Assembly: GCA_002269645.1 (NCBI GenBank)
Contig: NIVC01002407.1
Location: 62,001-126,000 of the forward strand
DNA: 64,000 nt
DNA from: Macrostomum lignano
Taxonomy: Eukaryota
Direction: 5' to 3'
Below the pieces are notes generated by a model. The model was not told where the DNA came from, did no database searches, and saw only the letters and a list, made by a program, of their open reading frames with translations. Made by a program: the position numbers and the translations under genes. Shown piece by piece: positions 13,051 through 24,955 of the stretch (the stretch's first letter is position 1; each line of letters starts with the position of its first letter).

Positions 13051-13445
13051 CTGGGTTCGACAAACTCCAGGGCCCTCGGGTCCTTTTGAAAATTCACAAT
13101 GGCAATCCCGCCCACTCAAGGTTGTGTCTCATCTCAGCTCTTCTCTAATCCCCTCTTTTTTCTCTCTTCTCCCCCTCTCTCTCCACTCCTCTCCTATCTT
13201 CTTTCCTCTCCCCCTCTCCTTCTCTTCTCTCCATTCTCCTATCCCTTCTCTCCTCTCTCCTCTCCTATTTCATCTCTTCTCTCCTCTCGTCTCCTCACTT
13301 TTCGCTTCGCCTCACCTCTCCCCCTCGCCTCTCTTTTCATTTATCTCTCGACTCTCTTCTCTCTCCTCCCTCCCATCCTCTGGCTCCCAGTGATGCGCTA
13401 GGTTGTCTATCTGGGTCTTGAGATAAAATAGTTTGCCGAACCCTG
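13051..13445. mobile_element. Non-autonomous hAT (Charlie/Buster-like) MITE with CT-rich core
   Basis: 16-bp TIRs CTGGGTTCGACAAACT / AGTTTGCCGAACCCTG (2 mismatches). Flanks ACGTACGG and ACGTAGAG look like a degenerate 8-bp nnnTAnnn TSD. Related copies at 27436 and 35487. Confidence 0.7.
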
Positions 13446-14194
13446 ACGTAGAGGAATTCGGAAACACTGCATCATTTCAAGGGTCCTTAGCCGGATTATG
13501 TCGTAGCGGGGTAAACGGTTTTTAAAGATTAACACTATATTGCTCGTGGAGTTTTCTCTTTGTCATTTTATTGATATTTGACTCCTAGAGCTGTAGAAGA
13601 AGCTCTGTTTCCTATCCAGATTTCTAGCTTGAAGTGTCCCTGGCTGGTCGGGAGGGAGCGGAGCGGGTCTCGTCTCTGGCGCGCTCTGCACCTGCTCCTC
13701 CGCGGGACGCGCTCTCTCCACTGGCCGGGGTAGGGGCCGCTGAACAGCGTGTTGTGCTCATTCATTCTTCAACAAGTTGAGAACGGATCCGCAGCGCTGT
13801 TGCTTCTAGCTTTGCAGCTCGACTTTCTTATTGAAGACTTTTTTTGCTTTCTTGCATAGCTTGCCGCTCGTCTCCATGTAGTCCAAGTGAGCGCTAAGTG
13901 GAGGCGGCGGCAGGGGGAGGGGGCTGCAACTGCTGGCGGTCTGCCTGCTGACGTCTCCTTAAGCGACGTGGTCCAATCGACCCGATTCCTGAGCTACTGG
14001 CCCCGCTACTGCTCCCCACCTCTCCGCCTCCCACTGCTTGACTCAGGCGGCTGGGTGGTTGGTCAGCATTTGCTTTATAAGAGCCTCAACTGGATGAGCG
14101 TCTTACATTTCTTCACTTACACCCAAACCAACAACCGTTCCACACTGGTTTCCTTCTCTCATTTGAGTTTGTCAAAGTCAAATCCCGTCAGGCA

Positions 14195-17169
14195 ATGTTC
14201 AGCAAGGCGTCCGCCACGCTTCTCCTGATGCTGCTGGGAGTGTCGGCACTGCTGCTGGCCGGAGCCGAGGGCGGCAAGGACCGGCACAAGGATCCGCGAG
14301 TCTTCGACGCCAAGCCGTCGGATGCTGAGCACGAGGACGACGATGACGATGAGACCGAGAGCGGCGGCGACGACCATCACGACGATGACAAGCACGGAGA
14401 CGAGGGAGACGATGACGATCATCACGATTCGAAATATGACCACGAGTCCTTCTTGGGTGAGAATATCTGCTTCGCGATAGAATGCGTGTGTATGGCTGTT
14501 TTATGAAATATTGCTCATACTCAAGGTCATATTCATGCTCATACTCATGGTCATATTCATGCTCATATTCAAGGTCATATTCATACTCATACTCATGGTC
14601 ATATTCATGCTCATACTCATGGTCATATTCATGCTCATACTCAAGGTCATATTCATGCTCATACTCATGGTCATATTCATGCTCATACTCAAGGTCATAT
14701 TCATGCTCATACTCATGGTCATATTCATGCTCATACTCAAGGTCATATACTCATGTTCATATTCATGCTCATACTCATGGTCATATTCATGCTCATACTC
14801 ATATGGTCATATTCATGCTCATACTCATGGTCATATTCATGCTCATACTCATGGTCATATTCATGCTCATACTCATCGTCATATTCATGCTCATACTCAT
14901 GCTCATACTCATGGTCGCATTAATGCTCAAACACAACAACTCCAGGCCGTGAGGAGTCGCACAAGTTCGACGAGATGTCGCCCGAGGAGTCCAAGGAGAA
15001 GCTGACGGCCCTGATTGGAAAAATCGACACCAACAACGATACGAAGGTGTCGCCAGAGGAGATGCAGGCCTGGCTGGCCGCCGTGGCAAAGGGCGAAAGG
15101 ACCCGCGCCGCTGAGAGCCGCTTCCACAACCTGAAGGCAACCGTCAATGCCAAGGACTTGGACTCTCCGCTAACACTGTAAATGCACTTGTTCTGACTGT
15201 TTTGTTTCAATAAACTTTCCTCTTAATTCCTCTTGGTTTAAACCAAACTGGACCCTATCAAATTGTCTCAACTCACAACTGGACCGCATCAAAGTGTCCC
15301 AAATCGGAATTGGACTGCATCAATGTGTCCCAAACCTCAACTCTACCGCATCAAAGTATCCCAAACCTCAACTCTACCGCATCAAAGTGTCCCAAATCAG
15401 AACTGGACCGCATCAAAGTGTCCTAAACCTCAACTCTACCGCATCAAAGTGTCCCAAATCAGAACTGGACCGCATCAAAGTGTCCCAAACCTCAACTCTA
15501 CCGCATCAAAGTGTCCCAAATCAGAACTGGACCGCATCAAAGTGTCCCAAACCTCAACTCTACCGCATCAAAGTGTCCCAAATCAGAACTGGACCGCATC
15601 AAAGTGTCCCAAACCTCAACTCTACCGCATCAAAGTGTCCCAAATCAGAACTGGACCGCATCAAAGTGTCCCAAACCTCAACTCTACCGCATCAAAGTGT
15701 CCCAAATCAGAACTGGACCGCATTAAAGTGTCCCACATCATAACCAGACATAGTTTTGTTCCTTTTTACCTCAAGCAATCTACCAATCATAAACTGTCCC
15801 ACAGAGAGGAGTACAAGCAGGCCATCCACCATGAGATCATTGGCGACGAGCCGACAGACAAGAGCGCCCAGGAGACCTACAACACTCAGATGGTGCGCGA
15901 CCAGGCCCGCTGGCTCAAGGCCGACGCTGACGGCGACAAGCTGCTCAACAAGACTGAGTTCGCTGACTTCCTCCACCCGGAGGAGGCGCCCAGCATGAAG
16001 GACATCGTCATTCAGGAGACCATGATGAACACTGACAAGAATAAGGACGGCAAGATCGACCTGAACGAGTTCATGAAGGACCTGCACCCGGAGTACGAGA
16101 ACGACGTCAAGAACAAGAAAAAGCTTCCGGACTGGGTGGAAGCCGAGGAGAAACAGTTCAAGGTGATCTAAGTGCTGTATCTTCAAGACTCAGCACTCTC
16201 TCTACAAGTCTCAACACTCTCTTTACAAGTCTCAGCACTCTCTCTACAAGTCTCAGCACTCTCTTTACAAGTCTCAGCACTCTCTCTACAAGTCTCAGCA
16301 CTCTCTTTACAAGTCTCAGCACTCTCTCTCTCTACAAGTCTCAGCACTCTCTTTACAAGTCTCAGCACTCTCTCTACAAATCTCAGCACTCTCTCTACAA
16401 ATCTGAGCACTCTCTCTACAAATCTGAGCACTCCCTCTAAAAATCTCAGCACTCTCTACAAATCTCAGAACTCTCTCTCTACAAATCTCAGCACTCTCAC
16501 CACAAATCTCAGTCAATATTTTAATTCAAATCTCTAATCAGCCCTTCTACTCTCCAATTCCGTACGCTCGTATTCCAACAAGATATCTTGGCTCACTCTT
16601 TACAACTCTCCTTCTTTCCCCATACAAATCTTAACTGTGCCACTCGCTTGAACTCTGAACTGCAGGAGAAGCTGGACATTAACAAGGACGGCTCCCTGGA
16701 CCCCAACGAGGTCTACAAGTGGATCGTGCCGGACGACTTTGACCACTCGCATCGGGTGAGCGCATAGGGGACAGGTTGACCTCCTCGATCTACACTGGCT
16801 TTTGTAGACTGCCTCCCCTGCCCTAGGTTCAATACTGTAGATGGACCTCGGTAGATTGACCAGTGTAGATTGACCCCTGTGAGTGGAACCTCTGTATATT
16901 GACCCTGTGGGTGGACCCTCTGTAGGTTGACCCCTCTGGGTGGACCCCTGAATATTGACCCCTGTAAGTCCCAATCTCTGGCTGACAATCTGCCTCACTA
17001 GCATCAGCATTGAACCGCCCCTATCCAGGAGACCAAGCACCTGTTCAAGATCACGGACGAGAACAAGGACAATGCCCTCACAAAGGACGAAATCCTGAAG
17101 AAGTGGGAGACATTCGTGGGCCACCAGGCCACCAACTACGGCAACTTTGGCTCCCACGACGAGCTGTGA
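14195..17169 (+). CDS. CALU: Calumenin/reticulocalbin (CREC family) EF-hand ER-lumen protein, 360 aa (exons 14195-14456, 14946-15177, 15805-16162, 16666-16755, 17029-17169)
   Basis: Signal peptide, YDHESFLG, FDEMSPEESKEKL, EF loops DTNNDTKVSPEE, DADGDKLLNKTE, DKNKDGKIDLNE, DINKDGSLDPNE, DENKDNALTKDE, FLHPEE motif and C-terminal HDEL. All four introns are GT-AG and the exons sum to 1083 nt in frame. Calumenin versus reticulocalbin orthology is not resolved. Confidence 0.93.
14510..14915. repeat. 24-bp (12-bp subunit) minisatellite in calumenin intron 1
   Basis: CATATTCATGCTCATACTCA(T/A)GGT repeats. Confidence 0.95.
15270..15740. repeat. 62-bp dimeric (31+31) minisatellite in calumenin intron 2
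   Basis: Alternating CATCAAAGTGTCCCAAACCTCAACTCTACCG and CATCAAAGTGTCCCAAATCAGAACTGGACCG. Confidence 0.93.
16185..16515. repeat. 21-bp minisatellite in calumenin intron 3
   Basis: TCTACAAGTCTCAGCACTCTC repeats, degrading towards the 3' end. Confidence 0.92.
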
Positions 17170-17894
17170 ATGGCTGAAGCTATTCGTCACAAAGCGGATT
17201 TAGTCCAGACCGAAAAGAATTTAAAAGGGCATCGTGAACTATTTCTAGGCGCAATGTTGCCGGCATTTCCTTCTTAGCAAAAAAATTTCCCAAAAAAATT
17301 GTTTTAGTAAAATTTTAACTTTACCTATGCATGCTCTCACAGCCTCACAGTTACCCTACCCTATCTGCTACATTTTGAAATGATATCCGTTATCCTGTCT
17401 CCAGGTGATTTGCCTAATAGTACAGTGTATGCACTGTCTAGTCAGCCCAATAGAAAAACTCTTGGCTGAAAAGCAAATTTAGATTTTTGCTTCAATTATC
17501 CTTTTTTAGGATTTTTGTCAGGATTCTCCGTTATTGTAAAGGTTTTTTTCGTTTAAAAGCACAATTTCACCAATAATTAATATTTTGTGGATGAACGATC
17601 ATGCATACCTATGCTTCATGCCTAGTATCCCAGAGGAAAATAAATTATAATCATGACAACTGAGCTGACTTTGAGAATCAAATGCTGAAATATGACTCAA
17701 AAACAAGTTTTAATGTCTTTCTACTTTCGGCTATTAAAATGATACATATTTTAGGTGAGTAAGAAGTAGCATAGTAGGCGCTTTCTATGTAAAATTATGT
17801 ACATACCAAATGATGTACATATCAAGCAATTTAGATGTCAAATGAAGTACATGTCAAATAGTGTACATGTCAAATGACGTGCATGTCAAATTAT

Positions 17895-18070
17895 TTACAT
17901 GTCAAATGATGTACAGTACATGTTAAATGATGTACAGTACATGTCAAATGATGTACAGTACATGTCAAATGATGTACAGTACATATCAAATGATGTACAG
18001 TACATGTCAAATGATGTACAGTACATGTCAAATGATGTACAGTGTATGTCAAATGATGTACATGTCAAAT
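17895..18070. repeat. 21-bp minisatellite
   Basis: ATGTCAAATGATGTACAGTAC repeats. Confidence 0.9.
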
Positions 18071-18134
18071 GATATATTGTTGGACGTTAATCAACCGAAG
18101 ACTATAAGAACAGCGAATGCATTCACACTGAAGG

Positions 18135-19035
18135 ACAAAAAGGACAAGCGCCATCAAGGACAGAGCTCCCCAAAAGGACAAGCGCCATCAAGGACAGAGC
18201 TCCACCCAAAGGACAAGCGCCATCAAGGACAGAGCTCCCCAAAAGGACAAGCGCCATCAAGGACAGAGCTCCACCCAAAGGACAAGCGCCATCAAGGACA
18301 GAGCTCCACCCAAAGGACAAGCGCCATCAAGGACAGAGCTCCCCAAAAGGACAAGCGCCATCAAGGACAGAGCTCCACCCAAAGGACAAGCGCCATCAAG
18401 GACAGAGCTCCACCCAAAGGAGAGCGCCATCAAGGACAGAGCTCCACCCAAAGGACAGAGCCATCAAGGACAGAGCTCCACCCAAAGGACAAGCGCCATC
18501 AAGGACAGAGCTCCACCCAAAGGAGAGCGCCATCAAGGACAGAGCTCCACCCAAAGGACAAGCGCCATCAAGGACAGAGCTCCACCCAAGGGACAGCGCC
18601 ATCAAGGACAGAGCTCCACCCAAAGGACAGCGCCATCAAGGACAGAGCTCCACCCAAAGGACAAGCGCCATCAAGGACAGAGCTCCACCCAAAGGACAAG
18701 CGCCATCAAGGACAGAGCTCCACCCAAAGGACAGCGCCATCAAGGACAGAGCTCCACCCAAAGGACAGCGCCATCAAGGACAGAGCTCCACCCAAAGGAC
18801 AAGCGCCATCAAGGACAGAGCTCCACCCAAAGGACAAGCGCCATCAAGGACAGAGCTCCACCCAAAGGACAGCGCCATCAAGGACAGAGCTCCACCCAAA
18901 GGACAAGCGCCATCAAGGACAGAGCTCCACCCAAAGGACAGCGCCATCAAGGACAGAGCTCCACCCAAAGGACAGCGCCATCAAGGACAGAGCTCCACCC
19001 AAAGGACAAGCGCCATCAAGGACAGAGCTCCAGCC
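18135..19035. repeat. 34-35-bp minisatellite
   Basis: GCGCCATCAAGGACAGAGCTCCACCCAAAGGACAA repeats; explains ORF 17927..19186. Confidence 0.95.
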
Positions 19036-19974
19036 AAAGGCCCCGGTGTGGCGCTCCAAAAAAGGCTTCATGAATTCAACCCTGTCTCTTTGGTATATTT
19101 GTTCAAACAGAGCGCCTCTCTCTCACAGTCTAACAGCCAAACGCGCCACGAAATTACAATGGCGACAAAAACAGGGAGAGAAGTGAAACAGCCTCTTTCA
19201 AGCTGGAGTTCGGACATGAGGGCCCCCTAGGGTGCTAGAGAGAGTTGAGGAACTGCAGACTGAGTCCGCGATGTGAGTAAGCGTTCTCTAATGGGAAACT
19301 ATCTATAGATATACATGAGGTCAGGCCCTGTATATGCAACTGACAAGTACCTGTGCTGGGCATGTCAGGGAATCACACACTACTGGACAACTATATCGAT
19401 GTAGATAGCTTGAAGAGGCTCACTTAAGTCTGACGAACTCACCCCTATAGCCCCAAGTCTCTGCTCTGTCGCCATCCATCCTTGAGTGACGTGAACAATT
19501 TGGCTTGAAGAAAGCTGTCCACTCAGCTCAGACTTAACAGGAGTCATCGATATTAATAGTAGCTATGCTGGCTCAATCAGCAGGTGGGCCACATTCTATT
19601 GAGTGGTGATAGGTGTGCGTTCCACCCGTTTCACAGGTCACTTGAGCATGCACAGGCGGAGACATGGACGGCTCTGCTTAGAATCGTAGAAACGTAGAAA
19701 ACTACTGCATAGTTTTTGCTATATTAAGTTTTCGACCGGGTGAAATTTCGACCTTGTATGGTTTCGACACTTTCGACACTACGATTGTATGGTACGATTT
19801 TTACGGACTTGATTCTATACTGACTGCTTTTTAGCGAGCGCCTTTGTCTTGCTGGTTAGCATAGCTAAAAGCATTTGTTTGCTACAAGAAATGCTTCAAA
19901 ATGCTTCGATTTCTTAAGGGGCGGGTTCTGATATGGCAGGAAAAGAAGCTGACCCAAGTAGTTGATGAGGTTGC

Positions 19975-20140
19975 GACTCAGCATTAGCTGGGGTAATTGA
20001 GGGTGTGTGTGGCGACTCCCCAGTCCTTGGACTGAACAGCCGTACGCAGCCTTCAGATGCGCCGCGCAATAGCTGCGGCTGAGCTGTCGGTTGCACATCT
20101 GGCCCAATCGGGGCGGATGTGCAAAGATAATGAGGCTTTG
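19975..20140 (+). mobile_element. 3' body fragment of the SINE family seen at 49395-49678
   Basis: TTAGCTGGGG..AATTGAGGGTGTGTG..GCCTTCAGATG..GCTGCGGCTGAGCTGTCGGTTGCACATCTGGCCCA matches the reverse complement of about 49420-49525. Confidence 0.75.
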
Positions 20141-20889
20141 ATAGATAGGAGATAAACGTGGGATAGCAGTCACGTGATGAAATTTGTACATTTTGTAAAA
20201 TGTACATTAAATACAAGTGTGAGATAATTGCCTTTGTGTCTGGGTGACACTATGTATGCAATTATTTATGCTTTTAAAATTTAGTTCATAGCTAAATTAT
20301 CCAACTTACAAGTCAAAAGTTTTTTAATGTTCGTACAGAGCGGGAACCGAGCGTGGCGTCCGTGGTCCCTCTGCCTATCGAGTCTCGATTACGCAATAAT
20401 TCAGGACGTTCAGGTGTAAAAGAATGAATGAGTTTTGGAATGAGAGCGAGCCAGAAGTTGGCTCAAGTATATACATGCATTATTAGCTGGCTTTATACAA
20501 AGAGGTAAGATAAGGTGAGAACAATAATTACCTTTATAATATAAAGAAGATCCACCAAGCCATCGACGTCATAAAATCTAACTGACTGACCAAAGAAATC
20601 ATAACAAAGACCTATCGAAAAAGTTGTCTATTCTTTAAAAACTTCGACCTCACAGGAATGAAAATTTAAGGGAAAAGTGACAGCGGGTATTATGGGTCTT
20701 TGTTTTTCTTTGTGTCTCAACATCTTTTCTCCCAAAACTTTTTTGTCTCTTATGTGTTTATATATACGGACTCACGTTTCACAAATAAGAGCAGGACACT
20801 GGGAACGGCTTTTAGCCATGGGGCAAGAGTCCCCTGATCATATCTAAGTCCCTGAAGGCAAGACGATAGCGCCAAATTAGCGCCGCAAT

Positions 20890-22063
20890 CTAGATTTTAG
20901 CGCCAGAAATAAGCGTTGCAAGCTGGATTTTAGCGCCAGAAATAAGCGTTTCAAGCTAGATTTTAGTGCCGCAAGCTAGATTTTAGTGCCGCAAGCTAGA
21001 TTTTAGTGCCGCAAGCTAGATTTTAGTGCCGCAAGCTAGATTTTAGTGCCGCAAGCTAGATTTTAGTGCCGCAAGCTAGATTTTAGTGCCGCAAGCTAGA
21101 TTTTAGTGCCGCAAGCTAGATTTTAGTGCCGCAAGCTAGATTTTAGTGCCGCAAGCTAGATTTTAGTGCCGCAAGCTAGATTTTAGTGCCGCAAGCTAGA
21201 TTTTAGTGCCGCAAGCTAGATTTTAGTGCCGCAAGCTAGATTTTAGTGCCGCAAGCTAGATTTTAGTGCCACAAGCTAGATTTTAGTGCCGCAAGCTAGA
21301 TTTTAGCGCCAGAAATAAGCGTTGCAAGCTGGATTTTAGCGCCAGAAATAAGCGTTTCAAGCTAGATTTTAGTGCCGCAAGCTAGATTTTAGTGCCGCAA
21401 GCTAGATTTTAGTGCCGCAAGCTAGATTTTAGTGCCGCAAGCTAGATTTTAGTGCCGCAAGCTAGATTTTAGTGCCGCAAGCTAGATTTTAGTGCCGCAA
21501 GCTAGATTTTAGCGCCAGAAATAAGCGTTGCAAGCTAGATTTTAGTGCCGCAAGCTAGATTTTAGCGCCAGAAATAAGCGTTGCAAGCTAGATTTTAGTG
21601 CCGCAAGCTAGATTTTAGTGCCGCAAGCTAGATTTTAGTGCCGCAAGCTAGATTTTAGCGCCAGAAATAAGCGTTTCAAGCTAGATTTTAGTGCCGCAAG
21701 CTAGATTTTAGTGCCGCAAGCTAGATTTTAGTGCCGCAAGCTAGATTTTAGTGCCGCAAGCTAGATTTTAGTGCCGCAAGCTAGATTTTAGTGCCGCAAG
21801 CTAGATTTTAGCGCCAGAAATAAGCGTCGCAAGCTAGATTTTAGCGCCGCAAGCTAGATTTTAGCGCCAGAAATAAGCGCCGCAAGCTAGATTTTAGCGC
21901 CGCAAGCTAGATTTTAGCGCCGCAAGCTAGATTTTAGCGCCAGAAATAAGTGTCGCAAGCTAGATTTTAGCGCCGCAAGCTAGATTTTAGCGCCGCAAGC
22001 TAGATTTTAGCGCCAGAAATAAGCGCCGCAAGCTAGATTTTAGCGCCGCAAGCTAGATTTTAG
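20890..22063. repeat. 20-bp minisatellite with longer interspersed variants
   Basis: GCAAGCTAGATTTTAG(T/C)GCC repeats with periodic AGAAATAAGCG inserts. Confidence 0.96.
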
Positions 22064-23039
22064 CAAGATTAAGATTTTTGAGCTATTTTATTACACCGGA
22101 GAGGTTTGCATTTCTTGCCGAGGGTCTTTGACCACATTGACGGCAAGCAATGCCCCCCCCCCTAGCTGCTGCCATGAGAAGCCATGTGGTCTCATCGCTA
22201 TTAGATTTGGTACGTGGCCAGCTGTCTGTATTTAGCTAGTATGCTCGTATATCTAAAAAAACAACTCGCAAGCTCGTGTTTGCAAATTGAATTTTTCACT
22301 GCATGCGTTTCCACAATGCGTCCGGCCCAACACAGTTTCCTATCGCTAAGGCTGAGACAGGTGCTGCTGCCAAGGCTGATTGGATGAAGCTGTTTTATGT
22401 GTATAAATTTGTGTCTTGGGTGAGCACCGGCCACCGGGCCCTCCAAGCCGCCAACCTAATCAGTTGGAGTTGCCTCGCTTCGCGGGGGCCGGCAGCTGGC
22501 TTGGCTACCCGGCGGTGTGATGGAGAGGAGAGGAGGACTCGAGTAGCCACGCCAGAGCCAGGTGGCGCACTGTAAACCCAGATAGCCCAGACCGAGCCGC
22601 CCTCCATCTCCCTGCCTGCTATGCCCCGGAGATTAATTTTCTATAATTTCTTCAAACGTTTTTTTATAGCGAATTCGATAACAGATCCCGCGGAAGTATT
22701 TGAGCATGGTGATTTTGTGAGAAAGGATGTGGCCAAGAGAGAGAAAGACAAATTGATGGATAAGGATGACAAACTGTTAAATTGGAGAGTTGAGGTTACT
22801 GAGAATCGAGAATAGAGAGGAGAGGACAGAGGAGAGCAGAAAATAGAAGAGAGGAGGGGAGAGAGGAGAGCGGAGAGGAGAGTAGACAATAGAGAAGTGG
22901 ATGCAATGCACGGGCACTTCTGCAAAATCTTTTAAGAAATGAGGATTTGCCAACTGCATTCACCAAACAGATGCATAGTGCGGTCTGTCTGCCTACCTTC
23001 GGCAACACCATTTATTTTGCACTAAACCAAATTCTAAAA

Positions 23040-23318
23040 TGTTAAGGCTTACGGGGGGAATTGCTGAGATGTCAAGGCTTACGGGGGAATTGCTGAGATA
23101 TCAAGGCTTACGGGGAGAATTGCTGAGATGTCAAGGCTTACGGGGGGAATTGCTGAGTTATCAAGGCTTACGGGGGGAATTGCTGAGATATCAAGGCTTA
23201 CTGGGGGAATTGCTGAGATGTCAAGGCTTACGGGGGGAATTGCTGAGATGTCAAGGCTTACGGGGGATTGCTGAGATTTCAAGGCTTACGGGGGGGAATT
23301 GCTGAGATGTCAAGGCTA
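23040..23318. repeat. 30-bp minisatellite
   Basis: GCTGAGATGTCAAGGCTTACGGGGGGAATT repeats, about 9 copies. Confidence 0.95.
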
Positions 23319-23608
23319 TATACTACATGAAGTTTATTTAATAATTTTATTCCATTATTTTTTGGCTCCATAACGGGGGTGGGCCGCTGATTGCAATTCC
23401 AACCTAAAGCTAACCCTGACTGCTCATTTGTACAGAGCATATCGGATGAAATTTCAACTGTGCTCAGAAAAATATTTTGCTCATCGAGTCATCAGCCAGG
23501 CCTGCTATCAAATCCTGTCTCAGCTCGTGGCTAAAAAAAGTCGTGGCTATATAAGACACACAGAGAGAGACTGTCTGCCATCAATTCATCAAGGACAGGC
23601 CGGCCGGC

Positions 23609-24110
23609 CGCGTGCCAGGAAAGAGGGGGGGCAGGGGGGGCACAGGCCCCCGACTTTACTTTTTAGATTGCCTGCCTGAAAAGCCATCGTATAATTCGAT
23701 GAAGATTTGGCAAGGAGGAGGCCAGGGGGGTTGGCGCCCCCCTCCCCCAGCTCGCTCACGTGCCCGGGGGGAGGCTGGGCACGTGACCCGGCCGCCGGCT
23801 CGGCAAATTGGACTCGGGGGGCTGGGTGGCGGCGGCCCGCCCGAGCCAATGGGAGTTCAAGCCGAGGGGAGGACAGATCGCCTGCTCCATATTAAATCCC
23901 CAGCCCGAGACTCCAGAGCCTCATCCTGAACGACGCTCCGACACACCCACCTGGCCGCGTGTCCTCCGCCTCCCAGCATCCGCAGCTTTAAGCAGCAGCA
24001 GCATAGAAATTTCCTTCATCAGTTTCCCTCCCGCGACAGCTCAGAGAGAACAAAGACGCACGTGACCAGCCTTCAATTGAGCTGCTGAAACCTTTGCTCC
24101 AGAAAGTGTG
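23609..24110 (+). promoter_or_regulatory. Putative Hey promoter/5' UTR with E-box cluster, CCAAT and TATA-like element
   Basis: GC-rich stretch. CACGTG at 23757, 23780 and 24059; CGCGTG (CACGCG reverse) at 23609 and 23956; CCAAT at about 23846; TATTAAA at about 23890. Confidence 0.45.
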
Positions 24111-24696
24111 ATGAAGCTCCAGATGAAGCAGAGCGGAAGCTGCGACTCCAGCGAGTCGGACTCAGACGAAATGGCCATGCAGTAAGTGCAGCTGCGGTGC
24201 AGTACTATCGATTTCTCACCTGCCGCTCAGTCTCACACTATATCTGGATATAATATGCAATATAGCTAAGGTTGCTGATAAATGCACACTCTGCCTCCCG
24301 CCCGCAGGTACCCCGGTCAGACAGTGAAGAGTGCGAACAGGAAGCGAAGGAGAGGCGTAAGTGTTTGCTTGTCTCTCAGCGTTTGCCTGAGTGCGTTAAA
24401 CTGACTGTCCGTCTTACAGTGTCTGTATTAATGTCTGTATTAGTGTCTGTATTAGTGTCTGTATTAGTGTCTGTATTAGTGTCTGTATTAGTGTCTGTCT
24501 GTATTAGTGTCCAGTGGCGCAACCAGGGGGGGGGGCGGTCGCCCACCTTCTTAGGCGGAGACGGAGACCCAAAAACAATCAAAGAGGGGAAGACCAAGCG
24601 AACAAAAACAGAGCACCCCTCCGCCCCCCCTCCCGAGACTTTACCCTCCAAAATCCGCCCCCCCCCTCAAAAAATTTCTGGTTGCACTACTGTTAG

Positions 24697-24751
<55 letters not shown>

Positions 24752-24756
24752 ATTAG

Positions 24757-24799
<43 letters not shown>

Positions 24800-24832
24800 A
24801 TTAGTGTCTGTCTGTCTGTCTGTCTGTATTAG

Positions 24833-24863
<31 letters not shown>

Positions 24864-24868
24864 ATTAG

Positions 24869-24903
<35 letters not shown>

Positions 24904-24908
24904 ATTAG

Positions 24909-24955
<47 letters not shown>

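Noticed and set aside
13607-13622. Exact 16-mer shared (inverted) with the 50-bp repeat at 1737-1752
   Set aside because: About one such match is expected by chance in a 64-kb window, and there is no flanking similarity.
17927-19186. 419-aa repetitive ORF
   Set aside because: It is a concatenation of two minisatellites with a 34/35-bp period that shifts frame; no coding signature.
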